A DNA stretch of 64,000 nt from an uncultured Chloroflexia bacterium (GCA_963726375.1 CAVSCE010000009.1:546492-610491); one strand, 5' to 3'. Positions 53,169-63,576 are shown, counted from the stretch's first letter. Notes: generated by a model not told the origin, from the letters alone. Numbers and translations are program-made.

Positions 53169-54170
53169 ATGAACACATCCTCAATATCAATTATCGATAT
53201 ACCTGGTATCCTAGTAGGTCATGCCTCGAACACAGAAGCGCTGACTGGATGCACAGTTATCTTATGCGAGACCGGCGCAGTTGGAGGAGTTGACCAGCGC
53301 GGCGGCGCTCCAGGCACGCGGGAAACTGACGCTCTGCACCCCCTCCATCTTGTACAAGAAGTGCATGCTGTCGTCCTTTCAGGTGGATCAGCATTCGGGC
53401 TTGATGCTGCAACAGGCGTCGTCCGATATCTTGAAGAACGTGGGGTCGGTTTCGACGTTGGTGTGGCGAAAGTCCCCATCGTACCCTCAGCAATCCTGTT
53501 CGATTTAGGAATTGGTCGACCAGAGATCCGCCCGGATGCCCAAATGGGTTATCAAGCATGTCTGAACGCAACAAATAATCCGCCCGAGCAGGGAAATGTG
53601 GGTGCCGGCACCGGGGCAACGGTCGGAAAAATCCTTGGGATGGGAAGTGCAATGAAGGGCGGGGTGGGCAATGGTGGGTATCAGCTCAGAAATGGAGTAA
53701 TCATCGCAGCAATTGTGGCAGTCAATCCTCTCGGCGATGTGATCGACCCTGCAAGCGGAAAAATTATCGCTGGGGCGCGCAATCCGTCCTTTGAAAAAGA
53801 ATCTGTCCAACCAGCGGATCAATTCGTTAATGCTCTTGAGGTGATGCAGAAGAATTCATTTGGTTCAAATCAAGAATTCACCGATAGGAACAACACTGTG
53901 ATTGGTGTCGTCGCGACAAATGCCAGGCTCTCCAAAGAGGAAATTAATAAAGTTGCGCAAATGGCCCAGGACGGAATTGCCCGCACTATCCGCCCTGCCC
54001 ATACCATGCTGGATGGAGATACAATTTTCGCATTGTCGATGGGAAAAGAGAAGGCAGATGTGAATACGATTGGGGCATTTGCCGCCGAAGCTGTCAGTCA
54101 GGCAATCCTTAGCGCCATTATGAATGCCAGACCTGTTATTGGAATACCTTCTGCATCGATTTATTCATGA
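53169..54170 (+). CDS. P1/S58 family peptidase (DmpA-like aminopeptidase)
   Basis: GILVGHASNTEALTGCTVIL...GGAPGTRETDAL...VLSGGSAFGL is the DmpA/S58 pattern. I set the start at the ATG at 53169. Confidence 0.8.
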   Translation: MNTSSISIIDIPGILVGHASNTEALTGCTVILCETGAVGGVDQRGGAPGTRETDALHPLHLVQEVHAVVLSGGSAFGLDAATGVVRYLEERGVGFDVGVAKVPIVPSAILFDLGIGRPEIRPDAQMGYQACLNATNNPPEQGNVGAGTGATVGKILGMGSAMKGGVGNGGYQLRNGVIIAAIVAVNPLGDVIDPASGKIIAGARNPSFEKESVQPADQFVNALEVMQKNSFGSNQEFTDRNNTVIGVVATNARLSKEEINKVAQMAQDGIARTIRPAHTMLDGDTIFALSMGKEKADVNTIGAFAAEAVSQAILSAIMNARPVIGIPSASIYS

Positions 54171-55102
54171 CCTCGCCGGCTGGTTGAGCTTCTTAGTCTT
54201 CCCATCGACCGCCACCAGGTGGTAGTATTAATGATCACAACTGCCCCAACGATCAAAAGTGCAGAAAAGATGATTTGGAGATTTACAGGCTCATCGGCTA
54301 TCATGCTTCCCAAAAAAACCGCAACCAGCGGATTTACATATGCATAAGTCGCCACAAGCGGTGTTGGGGCAACACCCAAAAGCCAGGAATAGGACGCAAA
54401 TCCCACAATCGAGCCAAAGAATATCAAATACGCCAATCCGGCTATGGATGAAAACGAGATGTTCGCAACATCTAATCTTCCCCATTCTCCTGCCAGCGTC
54501 CCAACAACAAAGAGTCCTACTCCTCCAACCAACATTTCCATCCCAGAAGCCAGAAGTGGCTGATTGGGAAGCTTTTGATGATTTTCCCGACTGTAGATCG
54601 AACCAATCGACCAGAGCAAGGAAGCGATTAATAGTGCAACTGCCCCAACCGTATCCACTGCGTTCGAATCATTGCTTGAGCCGAATGGATTGACAAGGAT
54701 CAGGATCCCCACAAAACCCAGGACTACTCCTGCCACAGTCAGCCAGAATGGCTTGCTTCCACCTGGTCGGATTGCATCGATAAGCACAATCCAAAGAGGC
54801 ATTGATCCAACAATCACTGCTGCAATACTGGAAACCACCCGCTGTTCTGACCACGATACCAACCCATTTCCACCCACTAATAAAAACAATCCAATGATTC
54901 CAGCTGTCTTCCATTCACTCCTGGTTGGCTTTCCTTTTTTGGATACTCGCATCCAGACGTATAAAATCAATCCCGCCGTCAAATTACGGGTTCCAGCCAT
55001 TAGAAAAGGAGGAATTGTCTCCACCGCAAAGCGAATCGCCAGGTAAGTGGAACCCCAGACAATGTATAAAGAAATCAGTGCCAACCAAATTTTAATTTTC
55101 AA
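54161..55102 (-). CDS. EamA/DMT family transporter
   Basis: It has about 10 TM helices and YIVWGSTYLAIRFA is typical of EamA. The likely start is a TTG at 55102, preceded by GGAGG. Confidence 0.8.
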   Translation of the reverse strand: MKIKIWLALISLYIVWGSTYLAIRFAVETIPPFLMAGTRNLTAGLILYVWMRVSKKGKPTRSEWKTAGIIGLFLLVGGNGLVSWSEQRVVSSIAAVIVGSMPLWIVLIDAIRPGGSKPFWLTVAGVVLGFVGILILVNPFGSSNDSNAVDTVGAVALLIASLLWSIGSIYSRENHQKLPNQPLLASGMEMLVGGVGLFVVGTLAGEWGRLDVANISFSSIAGLAYLIFFGSIVGFASYSWLLGVAPTPLVATYAYVNPLVAVFLGSMIADEPVNLQIIFSALLIVGAVVIINTTTWWRSMGRLRSSTSRRGHE

Positions 55103-55183
55103 AACGAAACCTCCAAAGCCATTCAAAAAGTGAGCCGAATTTGCAGGCTCACTTTTTGAAATCGGCAGAGGGTTGATGATCTT

Positions 55184-57490
55184 TTAATCAGCAGCCTTCA
55201 ATTTCGGAGCAGGCTTCTTGCTGCGAGTGATGCTCCAAACCACACCAGCCAGCAAGACGATGACTAACAACCAGCCAATCACACCTAAATCCGAATAAGC
55301 AACCAAGATTGGAGCTGCAATTAAAGAAACCAGGTTCACTACTTTAATCATGGGGTTTAGCGCCGGTCCGGCGGTATCTTTTAACGGATCACCGACCGTG
55401 TCACCAACCACGCTTGCTTTATGCCGCTCCGAGCCTTTACCGGTGTTCTTCTCCAAGTTGCGAGGCTCATCCTCAATTGTCTTCTTTGCGTTATCCCAGG
55501 CGCCACCTGTATTAGCCATGAAGACCGCCAGCAGCTGACCGCTCAGGATAACTCCCGCCAGGAAACCACCAAGTGCCTCTACTCCAAGCACTAGACCAAT
55601 TAGCAGCGGCATTAGGACTGAGATTGTTGCCAGGGGGATCAGCTCTTTTTGGGCGGATGTGGTCGAAATACTGACTACTCTGGCATAATCGGGCTTGACG
55701 GTTGCTTCCATCACACCCGGGATGCGGAACTGCCGGCGAACCTCCATAACGATCTCACCCGCCGCCCGGCTGACCGCTCGTATCGAGAGCGAGCTGAACA
55801 TCCAGGGGAGAGCGCCGCCTATGAGAAGCCCTACAAATACTGAAGTACTGGAGACCCGAATCGAATCCAGTACGTCCAAGCCGAGTGATGCCTGAACTCT
55901 ACTGACGTCCGTGATAAAGGAGGCAAAGAGGCTCACAGCGGCTATCACTGCTGAAGCAATCGCAATTCCTTTCGTAATCGCTTTGGTCGTATTTCCAACC
56001 GCATCCAGATCGGCCATGATTTGTCGAGCTTTGAGTGTTTTCTCATCGGTTTGATCGTGCCAGGCCATCTCGCCAATCCCATTCGCGTTGTCTGAGATCG
56101 GACCGTAGGAATCCATCGCAACATTGTTCCCGGTGTGACTCAGCATACCAATCCCCACCAGGGCAACTGCATAAAGTACGTACAGCGGTCCATCTCCCTG
56201 GTATAGAATGATACTGAAAATAAACGAAACGGAAATCGCGATTAACGCCCAAACGCTAGATTCCATCCCGACAGCCAATCCAGAGAGGATGGTCGTTGCA
56301 GGTCCTGTTTCAGTGGATTCCACAATCTCTCTGACAGGTTTTTTGGTTGCCGATGTGAAATAGGATGTGAGCGGGTTAAAAACGACAGCCAGACCGACGC
56401 CAATCGTCGTCAGCATCGCCATGCGCCAGTCGTTTGCATAAAGGATTGCGACGATGAACGACAGGATGATAGTGTTGACACTCGATACTTCATATGATCG
56501 AAACATCGCTTCTTCTGAATCATGCGCCCGCAGGAACTTGAGCGGAAAATTTTCCCAAATCGGAACTGTGAAGGTACCCAGGATTGAGCTGATCACACCG
56601 ATCCCGCGGATAATTAGCGGATACACAATCCATTTCAAGCTGTGGGTAGGGTCAAAAGCCATGAGAGCGATCCCAAGGATAAGTGTCGAGACGATCGTCA
56701 CTTCATAGCTCTCGAAGATATCAGCAGCCATTCCGGCACAATCACCGACGTTATCTCCTACCAGATCTGCAATGACTGCGGCGTTTCTGGGATCATCTTC
56801 CGGAATATCCTTTTCCACTTTCCCTACCAGATCAGCACCGACGTCCGCAGCTTTTGTGAAGATACCACCTCCTACGCGCATAAACAGCGCAATCAATGTT
56901 CCCCCCAATCCAAATCCTAATAATGCATCTGGAGCTGCGCGTCCGAAAATGATAAAGATGATTGTGCCTCCAAGCAGGCCCAGCCCATCGGTTAACATTC
57001 CGGTCACAGTGCCAGAATAATAGGCTATTGAAAGAGCTTCATTAAACCCTCGCCGCGAAGCCGATGCGACGCGCACGTTCGCTTGAATAGCCATGCGCAT
57101 CCCTAGCTGTCCCACAAGGAGTGAAAAGGTAGCCCCTACGATGAATGCCAGCGTCCGTCCTCCCGCAATGATGATTTTAGTATTTAGTGGAAATTCTTCC
57201 AGTGCTTCCTGACTCGGTTTGACGATGTAGACACTGAAAAACAAAGCCAATGTCAAAACTGCGATCGCAGGTAAGATAGTTTTCAGCTGTCGACTGAGAT
57301 AGCTATCCGCACCAATCCTGATAGCCTCCCAAACTTCCTGCATCTCTGGAGTCCCTTTGTCTTTCTTCAAGACCAGGTTTTTCAACAGCCAGGCGTAGAT
57401 CAGGCTGATGACCGCTACTACTAGAACCGCAACAATCGCAAATTGCTCAAAGTCATTTAGCCCATGCCGGGCAAGTCCAAATATATTCAT
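55184..57490 (-). CDS. hppA: membrane-bound H+-translocating pyrophosphatase (K+-independent type)
   Basis: It is full length at about 768 aa. Motifs include GGGIFTKAADVGADLVGKVE, DNVGDCAGMAADIFESY and GDTVGDPLKDTAGPALN. GNTTKAITKG (Lys/Thr rather than Ala/Gly) marks the K+-independent subfamily. Confidence 0.92.
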   Translation of the reverse strand: MNIFGLARHGLNDFEQFAIVAVLVVAVISLIYAWLLKNLVLKKDKGTPEMQEVWEAIRIGADSYLSRQLKTILPAIAVLTLALFFSVYIVKPSQEALEEFPLNTKIIIAGGRTLAFIVGATFSLLVGQLGMRMAIQANVRVASASRRGFNEALSIAYYSGTVTGMLTDGLGLLGGTIIFIIFGRAAPDALLGFGLGGTLIALFMRVGGGIFTKAADVGADLVGKVEKDIPEDDPRNAAVIADLVGDNVGDCAGMAADIFESYEVTIVSTLILGIALMAFDPTHSLKWIVYPLIIRGIGVISSILGTFTVPIWENFPLKFLRAHDSEEAMFRSYEVSSVNTIILSFIVAILYANDWRMAMLTTIGVGLAVVFNPLTSYFTSATKKPVREIVESTETGPATTILSGLAVGMESSVWALIAISVSFIFSIILYQGDGPLYVLYAVALVGIGMLSHTGNNVAMDSYGPISDNANGIGEMAWHDQTDEKTLKARQIMADLDAVGNTTKAITKGIAIASAVIAAVSLFASFITDVSRVQASLGLDVLDSIRVSSTSVFVGLLIGGALPWMFSSLSIRAVSRAAGEIVMEVRRQFRIPGVMEATVKPDYARVVSISTTSAQKELIPLATISVLMPLLIGLVLGVEALGGFLAGVILSGQLLAVFMANTGGAWDNAKKTIEDEPRNLEKNTGKGSERHKASVVGDTVGDPLKDTAGPALNPMIKVVNLVSLIAAPILVAYSDLGVIGWLLVIVLLAGVVWSITRSKKPAPKLKAAD

Positions 57491-57789
57491 ATTTTCCTCT
57501 TTATCGATATAATGGGAAGAATAAAATCGCCGGCGGCATTTCACGCCGCGGTTTAATAAATTTGTTCATCTCCTGTTGCCAGATCGGGGAAATTCTTTTC
57601 AACTTTCAAGCTGCAAATCCCTCCTGCAAACTTGTTTTTTAGTGTTCGGAAATTAAGAAATCCGGAAAAGAATTATTGTTAACTGCGAGATATTTTATTC
57701 TTTACTGATAAATAATTTTACCACCTCATCAATTTTCCTTCAACGATGGAATCTAACTAAAAATTAATCTAAAATAATTTGTCTGACAA

Positions 57790-57818
57790 TTGACATTCAA
57801 TCATTTTCTTGATAAACT
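57790..57818 (+). promoter_or_regulatory. sigma70-type promoter, probably for the ade operon, giving a leader of about 200 nt
   Basis: TTGACA (57790-57795), a 17 nt spacer, then TAAACT (57813-57818). Confidence 0.45.
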
Positions 57819-58027
57819 AAACCGTAATCCATGACAAAATCCAATCATTTAATGGTCCGACGGGCTGCTGGTTTCTGAGAACGACTTATTTCACCCAAAT
57901 TCGTTATGACTTTAAGATAACCAAGTGCGTCCAGCGCTTTCTATGCACACTAAAAATCCCCAGGGTTGTTTGGAAATAATTCTCAAAACTCAGATGAATT
58001 GCAAGCATAGGTTTTCGAGGTGCATCG

Positions 58028-59818
58028 ATGGTTGATATGACATCAGATTTTACACGCAAACTGGTTGACGTCGCCATGGGACGCCATCCTGCTGACCTCG
58101 TCATTCGTAATGGTCGATGGGTATCGGTTCAGTCTGGTGAAATTATCCCAAATATAGATATTGCTATTTGTGATGACCGAATCGCTTATGTCGGAGAAGA
58201 CGCTTCCCATACAATTGGTGAATTTACTCAGCTGATCGATGCGCACGATCATTTCTTAGTTCCTGGGCTGATCGACGCTCACATGCATGTCGAATCAGGT
58301 ATGCTCACAGTCAGCGAATTTGTTCGAGCTGTCGTGCCCCACGGCACAACGGCAATGATTATTGATCCTCACGAAATCGCTAACGTTTTCGGATTACGCG
58401 GCGTACGACTGATGGTTGATGAAGCGAGCCTCCAGCCAATCCATGTCTGGGTTCAGGTTCCTTCCTGCGTTCCATCAGCGCCAGGATTGGAGACACCAGG
58501 TGCTGCAATCGGACCGCAGGAAGTCGCAGAAGCCTTGAAATGGCCAGGGATTATTGGCTTGGGTGAAGTGATGAATTTTCCGGGTGTCTATCAAAATGAC
58601 GAGAAAATCCATTCCGAAATGGCTGAGACGCATTTGGCTGGAAAAGTGATCGGCGGTCATTATGCTTCTCCCGATTTAGGGAATCCTTTTCATGGTTATG
58701 TTGCAGGGGGTCCCGAAGACGATCACGAAGGGACAACAAAGGAAGACGCAATAGCCCGTGTGCGGCAAGGGATGAAAGCAATGCTTCGACTGGGATCCGG
58801 GTGGTTGGATGTTGCCGAAGGTGTTCGGGCATTAACAGAATTGAAGCTCGATCCTCACCGGTTCATTTTATGCACGGACGACTCGCATTCAGAGACCCTC
58901 GTTTGTGAGGGTCACGTAGATCGCGCGGTAAGAGAAGCAGTTGCGAACGGCGTTGTTCCCATCACAGCGATACAAATGGCGACGATCAACGCGGCTGAGC
59001 ATTTTGGCTTATCTCGCGAGATCGGGATGATTGCGCCACGCCGCTACGCCGATATCCTCATCGTCGAAAACCTGGGAAAATTCAAAGCCCAAACGGTGAT
59101 TGCTCGAGGAAAAGTCGTTGCAGATAATTATCAATTTCTGGCAAGTACTCCAACTTTTCAATACCCCGAATGGGCAATCAATTCTGTTCTGTTGAAACGT
59201 GAAATCATTCCTTCCGATTTTGATCTGATCAGTTCCGTGCCTGGCAAGGTTCATGCAAATGTGATCGGGATTTTAGAAAACCAGGCACCTACCCGCCACA
59301 TGCAATTTTTAATGCCTGTCGAGGACGGAAAAGTGAAAATTGATATTCAGCGAGATGTGGTAAAAATTGCTGTGATTGAAAGACACCATGGCACGGGTAG
59401 AGTTACTACGGGTCTTGTTCATGGGTTTGGCTTTAATCGTCCATGCGGAATTGCCTCGACAGTTGCTCATGACAGCCATCATCTTCTTGTAATCGGAACG
59501 GATGAAGCGGATATGGCTGCTGCCGCGAATTATCTGGCAAAAATCGGAGGCGGACAAGCGGTCGTAAGTGAAGGCAAGGTGATCGGACAGGTTGCTTTAC
59601 CAATCGCTGGATTAATGTCAAATCATCCGGCAGAGGATGTAGCTAATCAAGCAGAAACTGTCCTTGATGGATTTCGGTCCTGCGGCTGCAAGCTGAACAA
59701 TCCGAATATGCAGCTCAGCCTTCTCGCTTTACCCGTCATCCCTGAGCTTCGGATTTCTGATTTGGGATTGGTAGATGTAACGAAGTTCCAGATGATTCCC
59801 GTCCTTGAAAAAGTATAA
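58028..59818 (+). CDS. ade: adenine deaminase
   Basis: The sequence reads DLVIRNGRWV, LVPGLIDAHMHVESGM and IIDPHEIANV, with the length (596 aa) and C-terminal domain typical of Ade. Confidence 0.9.
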   Translation: MVDMTSDFTRKLVDVAMGRHPADLVIRNGRWVSVQSGEIIPNIDIAICDDRIAYVGEDASHTIGEFTQLIDAHDHFLVPGLIDAHMHVESGMLTVSEFVRAVVPHGTTAMIIDPHEIANVFGLRGVRLMVDEASLQPIHVWVQVPSCVPSAPGLETPGAAIGPQEVAEALKWPGIIGLGEVMNFPGVYQNDEKIHSEMAETHLAGKVIGGHYASPDLGNPFHGYVAGGPEDDHEGTTKEDAIARVRQGMKAMLRLGSGWLDVAEGVRALTELKLDPHRFILCTDDSHSETLVCEGHVDRAVREAVANGVVPITAIQMATINAAEHFGLSREIGMIAPRRYADILIVENLGKFKAQTVIARGKVVADNYQFLASTPTFQYPEWAINSVLLKREIIPSDFDLISSVPGKVHANVIGILENQAPTRHMQFLMPVEDGKVKIDIQRDVVKIAVIERHHGTGRVTTGLVHGFGFNRPCGIASTVAHDSHHLLVIGTDEADMAAAANYLAKIGGGQAVVSEGKVIGQVALPIAGLMSNHPAEDVANQAETVLDGFRSCGCKLNNPNMQLSLLALPVIPELRISDLGLVDVTKFQMIPVLEKV

Positions 59819-59852
59819 GTATGAAACGATTAGATAGCAGATCATTTTATCT

Positions 59853-60569
59853 ATGGCCGAATCATCGATAACAATTAGATTGCATGAACAGCTAGGTCAA
59901 ATTATTGCGACGACTGAAGCAGGTGGGCGGTTGCCATCTGAGCCCGACCTCGCAAAGTCACTTGGAGTCTCGCGTGCGACTTTGCGCGAAGCGATGAGAA
60001 TATATGAAACTCAAGGATACATTCGCCGCAGGCAAGGTTCAGGGACCTACGTAAATCATCCGGCGCGAACGCTTGACAGCGGATTAGAAATCCTGGAAAG
60101 CATTGAGACAATTGCAGATCGGAATAATCTTCTGGTCACAATGGGGGAGTTGGATGTCGAACGTCGACCTGCAACACCAGAGGAAATCTCGAATCTCTCT
60201 CTCGATAACAGTGAGGAGGTGATCCAAATCTCGCGTGTCATCATGGCAGAGAACCGTCCCGTCGCTTATCTCGTGGACATACTACCAGTGCATATTTTGA
60301 CACAGGAAGAATTATCATCAAAATTCAGCGGCTCAGTTCTTGACCTTCTAATCAATCGAGGCGATCCGCAATTGCTCTCTTCACGGACTGAAATTAATGC
60401 GATTACTGCCAACTCATCTATTGCACGCGCGCTCGGAATTCAACGAGGCGTTGTTTTGATTTATTTAATTGCGGATCTTTATTCAACAGCAGGAAATGTC
60501 ATCGACCATTCTTACAGTTATTTCCTGCCAGGTTATTTTCACTTCCATGTCGTCCGGAAGGTTGGATAA
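59853..60569 (+). CDS. GntR family transcriptional regulator with a UTRA effector domain
   Basis: LPSEPDLAKSLGVSRATLREAMRIYETQGYIRRRQGSGTYV is the GntR wHTH. The C-terminal half has UTRA-like size. Confidence 0.85.
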   Translation: MAESSITIRLHEQLGQIIATTEAGGRLPSEPDLAKSLGVSRATLREAMRIYETQGYIRRRQGSGTYVNHPARTLDSGLEILESIETIADRNNLLVTMGELDVERRPATPEEISNLSLDNSEEVIQISRVIMAENRPVAYLVDILPVHILTQEELSSKFSGSVLDLLINRGDPQLLSSRTEINAITANSSIARALGIQRGVVLIYLIADLYSTAGNVIDHSYSYFLPGYFHFHVVRKVG

Positions 60570-60660
60570 TCCGGACAGCAGAAAATGTCCATATGTATCC
60601 ACGCAAAGAGTTTGCGTTTTTACAAATCCTATCAACCCTTAGTTAAACGGAGGTTTTGAA

Positions 60661-61614
60661 ATGCGTAGTTTTTCTGGTCGTGATATCCTTTCGCTGAAAG
60701 ATTTTGAAAGGAACGAATTTTTCCATGTGTTAGATGTCGCAAAACAACTCGAACCGATTGCTCGGACACGCCGCAACAGCGATATGCTCGCTGAGAAGAC
60801 GATGGTCACCGCTTTCTACCAGCCGAGCACGCGCACCCGTCTGGCTCATGAAGCAGCTATGCACCGGCTTGGCGGCCATGTAACCGGTTTTTCTGATGCA
60901 AAAATGACCCGCGCCGGCGACTTCTATCAGGAGTTGATTAAAGACACAGTTAAGATGCTTGAGTTCTACGGCGACGTGATTGTGATGCGTCATTTCCAGC
61001 AGGGCGCTCCCCACGAAGCCGCAAAATGGGCTTCTGTTCCGATCATCAACGGCGGCGACGGCTGGGGCGAGCATCCAACCCAGATTCTGACCGATCTTTA
61101 TACTGTTCAGCGTGAAAAAGGCCGAATTGATGGCCTCAAATGGCTCGCAGTTGGAGATATGCGCATGCGCACGATGCATTCTCTGGCATATGCTTTGACG
61201 CAATTCGACTGCCCGGTTACTTTTGTTGCTCCACCAGAAATTGGGATGAAGGATGAATTTAAAGCTGAATTGAAGCAGTATAATCTGAACTTCAAAGAAG
61301 CAGAGCATGTTGAGCAGGCAATTGGTGATGCCGATGTTATTCTTGTCGAGCCAGTCGTCCAACCTGATTATACAAAATCGCGCGACGAACGATCCGGCGA
61401 CGTTGGTTTGACCCCTGCCAACTATAAGATCACACGTGAACTTCTGTATACCAAGGCAAAACCCGATGCCATTTTGCTCCACTCGCTACCCAGAATGGAC
61501 GAAATTCCTCCCGATGTCGACATCACCCACTGGTCACGCTACTGGCAGGAAGCTTTCTACGGTGTCGTGATGCGCATGGCCTTGTTAGCTCTGGTCATGG
61601 GAAAAATGGAATAG
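60661..61614 (+). CDS. aspartate-carbamoyltransferase-like carbamoyltransferase (divergent second-substrate site)
   Basis: The carbamoyl-phosphate site is STRTR, MRH and HPTQ. The ATCase-type GDMRMRTMHS and HSLPRMDEI are present. The segment where ATCases have R-x-Q-x-ER reads EPVVQPDYTKSRDER. Confidence 0.7.
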   Translation: MRSFSGRDILSLKDFERNEFFHVLDVAKQLEPIARTRRNSDMLAEKTMVTAFYQPSTRTRLAHEAAMHRLGGHVTGFSDAKMTRAGDFYQELIKDTVKMLEFYGDVIVMRHFQQGAPHEAAKWASVPIINGGDGWGEHPTQILTDLYTVQREKGRIDGLKWLAVGDMRMRTMHSLAYALTQFDCPVTFVAPPEIGMKDEFKAELKQYNLNFKEAEHVEQAIGDADVILVEPVVQPDYTKSRDERSGDVGLTPANYKITRELLYTKAKPDAILLHSLPRMDEIPPDVDITHWSRYWQEAFYGVVMRMALLALVMGKME

Positions 61615-61638
61615 TCTTTTTAGAATAGAGAGGTTCTC

Positions 61639-62619
61639 ATGCAAACTGATCTTCGCAACCGCGATTTAATTGGCGATCTTGACTTCACAAAAGAAGAAGT
61701 CGAAACTGTATTAGAAGTTGCTTTCGACCTGAAACGCAAGCGTGCCCTGGGCGAATCGCATGCCTATTTGCGCGATAAAGTCCTGGCGATGCTCTTTTTC
61801 TTCTCCAGCACGCGCACGCGCGGCTCTTTCGAGGCAGGTATGGCACAGCTCGGCGGGCACGGTGCTTTCATCGAATCCAAGTCGACGCAGATTTCCCATG
61901 GCGACACACCGAAAGAAATCGGTGAGATTTTCGGCCGTTATTTCGACGGAATTGCGATTCGACATGTGGATTGGGGCATTGGTAACAAATACTTGAATGA
62001 TGTCGCCAGAGCATCACGTGTACCGATCCTGAACATGCAGTGTGATATCTATCACCCGTTCCAATGTTTGGCCGATCTGATGACGATCGTCGAGAAAAAG
62101 GGCCGTGATCTTCGGAAAAAGAAAATGGTCGTTTCATGGGCTTACGCGGCTTCCTACCAGAAACCCATGTCCGTCCCACAGTCTCTTATCCTGCAAATGC
62201 CTCGTTTCGGTCTGGATGTTGTCCTTGCCCATCCACCGGAGTTCAAGCTGATGCCCGAGATCATGGACCAGGCTCAGGAACAGGCGCGCAAGTTCGGCGT
62301 CGGTTTCGAGGTCATGGATGATATGGAAGCAGCATTCAAGGACGCCGATATTGTCTATGCGAAATCCTGGGGTGCAATGGTCCATACTCCAGATGCCGAA
62401 GAAGGCGCCCGCATCATAAAGAAATACGAGCATTGGATCACCGATGAGCGAAAGATGGCTCTGGCGAAGCCGGATGCGATCTACATGCATCCTTTGCCTG
62501 CTGATCGAAATATCGAAGTCACTGACGGCGTTATGGACGGTCCAAACTCGGTTGTGTACGACGAAGCTGAAAACCGGATGCATGCCCAAAAAGCTGTTAT
62601 GGCGCTCACAATGCGCTAG
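61639..62619 (+). CDS. ygeW: YgeW-type (knotted) carbamoyltransferase
   Basis: There are blocks of near-identity to my recollection of E. coli YgeW: STRTR, STQISHGDTPKE, NMQCDIYHPFQCLADL, WAYAASYQKPMSVPQS, EAAFKDADIVYAKSW and YMHPLPAD. Confidence 0.8.
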   Translation: MQTDLRNRDLIGDLDFTKEEVETVLEVAFDLKRKRALGESHAYLRDKVLAMLFFFSSTRTRGSFEAGMAQLGGHGAFIESKSTQISHGDTPKEIGEIFGRYFDGIAIRHVDWGIGNKYLNDVARASRVPILNMQCDIYHPFQCLADLMTIVEKKGRDLRKKKMVVSWAYAASYQKPMSVPQSLILQMPRFGLDVVLAHPPEFKLMPEIMDQAQEQARKFGVGFEVMDDMEAAFKDADIVYAKSWGAMVHTPDAEEGARIIKKYEHWITDERKMALAKPDAIYMHPLPADRNIEVTDGVMDGPNSVVYDEAENRMHAQKAVMALTMR

Positions 62620-62628
62620 GAGAGAGAA

Positions 62629-63576
62629 ATGAGTAAAAAAGTTGCAGTCGTCGCAATCGGTGGAAACTCACTGATTCTAGATAAGCAGCATGAGGATGTT
62701 AATTCGCAGGTCTCCGCTGTTGAGGAATCCTGCAAGCATATCGCCAATATGATCGAACGCGGCTGGAATGTGATCGTAACTCATGGGAATGGTCCGCAGG
62801 TTGGTTTCATCCTTCGACGGAACGAGCTCGCTTCCCCTGAAGTCCATTCCACTCCATTGGACGTGATCGGAGCCGACACGCAGGGATCTATTGGTTATAT
62901 GATCGCGCGCGCCCTGGACAATGAATTTAAGAAGCGTGGAATAAAACGATCCGTCGCAGCAGTCGTCACACAGGTACTTTTGGATAAGGATGATCCCGGG
63001 TTCAAGAATCCCACCAAAGGTATTGGTGGTTTCACAACCAAAGAAAAAGCGGATGTTTTTGCTCAAGAAGGTTGGGTTGTAAAAGAAGACGCTGGACGAG
63101 GTTGGCGCCGGATGATCGCATCCCCAATTCCGAAAAAAATCATTGAGATCGAAGCTATTAAGAGCTTGATCGATGATGATTTTATCGTGGTTGCAGTAGG
63201 CGGCGGTGGGATCCCGGTTATCGAAGACGAGAACGGGATGCTGCAAGGAACCTATGCAGTAATCGACAAGGATCGTGCCAGCAGCTTATTGGCATCCGAT
63301 TTGAAAGTTGATCTTTTCCTGATTTCAACTGCCGTAGATCAGGTTGCGATCAATTATAATCAGCCCAATCAACAGTGGTTGGACAAGATGACACTCAGCG
63401 AAGCAAAAAAGCTCTATGCCGAAGGGCACTTCCTATCAGGCAGCATGGGTCCAAAAATTGAGGCCATCATTGCCTTCCTGGAAGCGAATCCAATGGGTAA
63501 AGCGCTTGTAACCAGACCTGAATTTATCGCCGATGCGTTGGATGGCAAGACAGGGACCTGGATTTTACCCGATTAA
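62629..63576 (+). CDS. arcC: carbamate kinase
   Basis: VAVVAIGGNSL, VTHGNGPQVG and VAVGGGGIPV are present, and the size is the typical 315 aa. Confidence 0.9.
   Translation: MSKKVAVVAIGGNSLILDKQHEDVNSQVSAVEESCKHIANMIERGWNVIVTHGNGPQVGFILRRNELASPEVHSTPLDVIGADTQGSIGYMIARALDNEFKKRGIKRSVAAVVTQVLLDKDDPGFKNPTKGIGGFTTKEKADVFAQEGWVVKEDAGRGWRRMIASPIPKKIIEIEAIKSLIDDDFIVVAVGGGGIPVIEDENGMLQGTYAVIDKDRASSLLASDLKVDLFLISTAVDQVAINYNQPNQQWLDKMTLSEAKKLYAEGHFLSGSMGPKIEAIIAFLEANPMGKALVTRPEFIADALDGKTGTWILPD

Noticed and set aside
57830-58027. Possible purine riboswitch in the leader of adenine deaminase (GGUUUCU and CGACUUAU resemble the J2/3 and J3/1 strings).
   Set aside because: There is no P2/P3 hairpin pair and no UAUAAU/GGAUAUGG-type loops. 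The resemblance is limited to two short strings.
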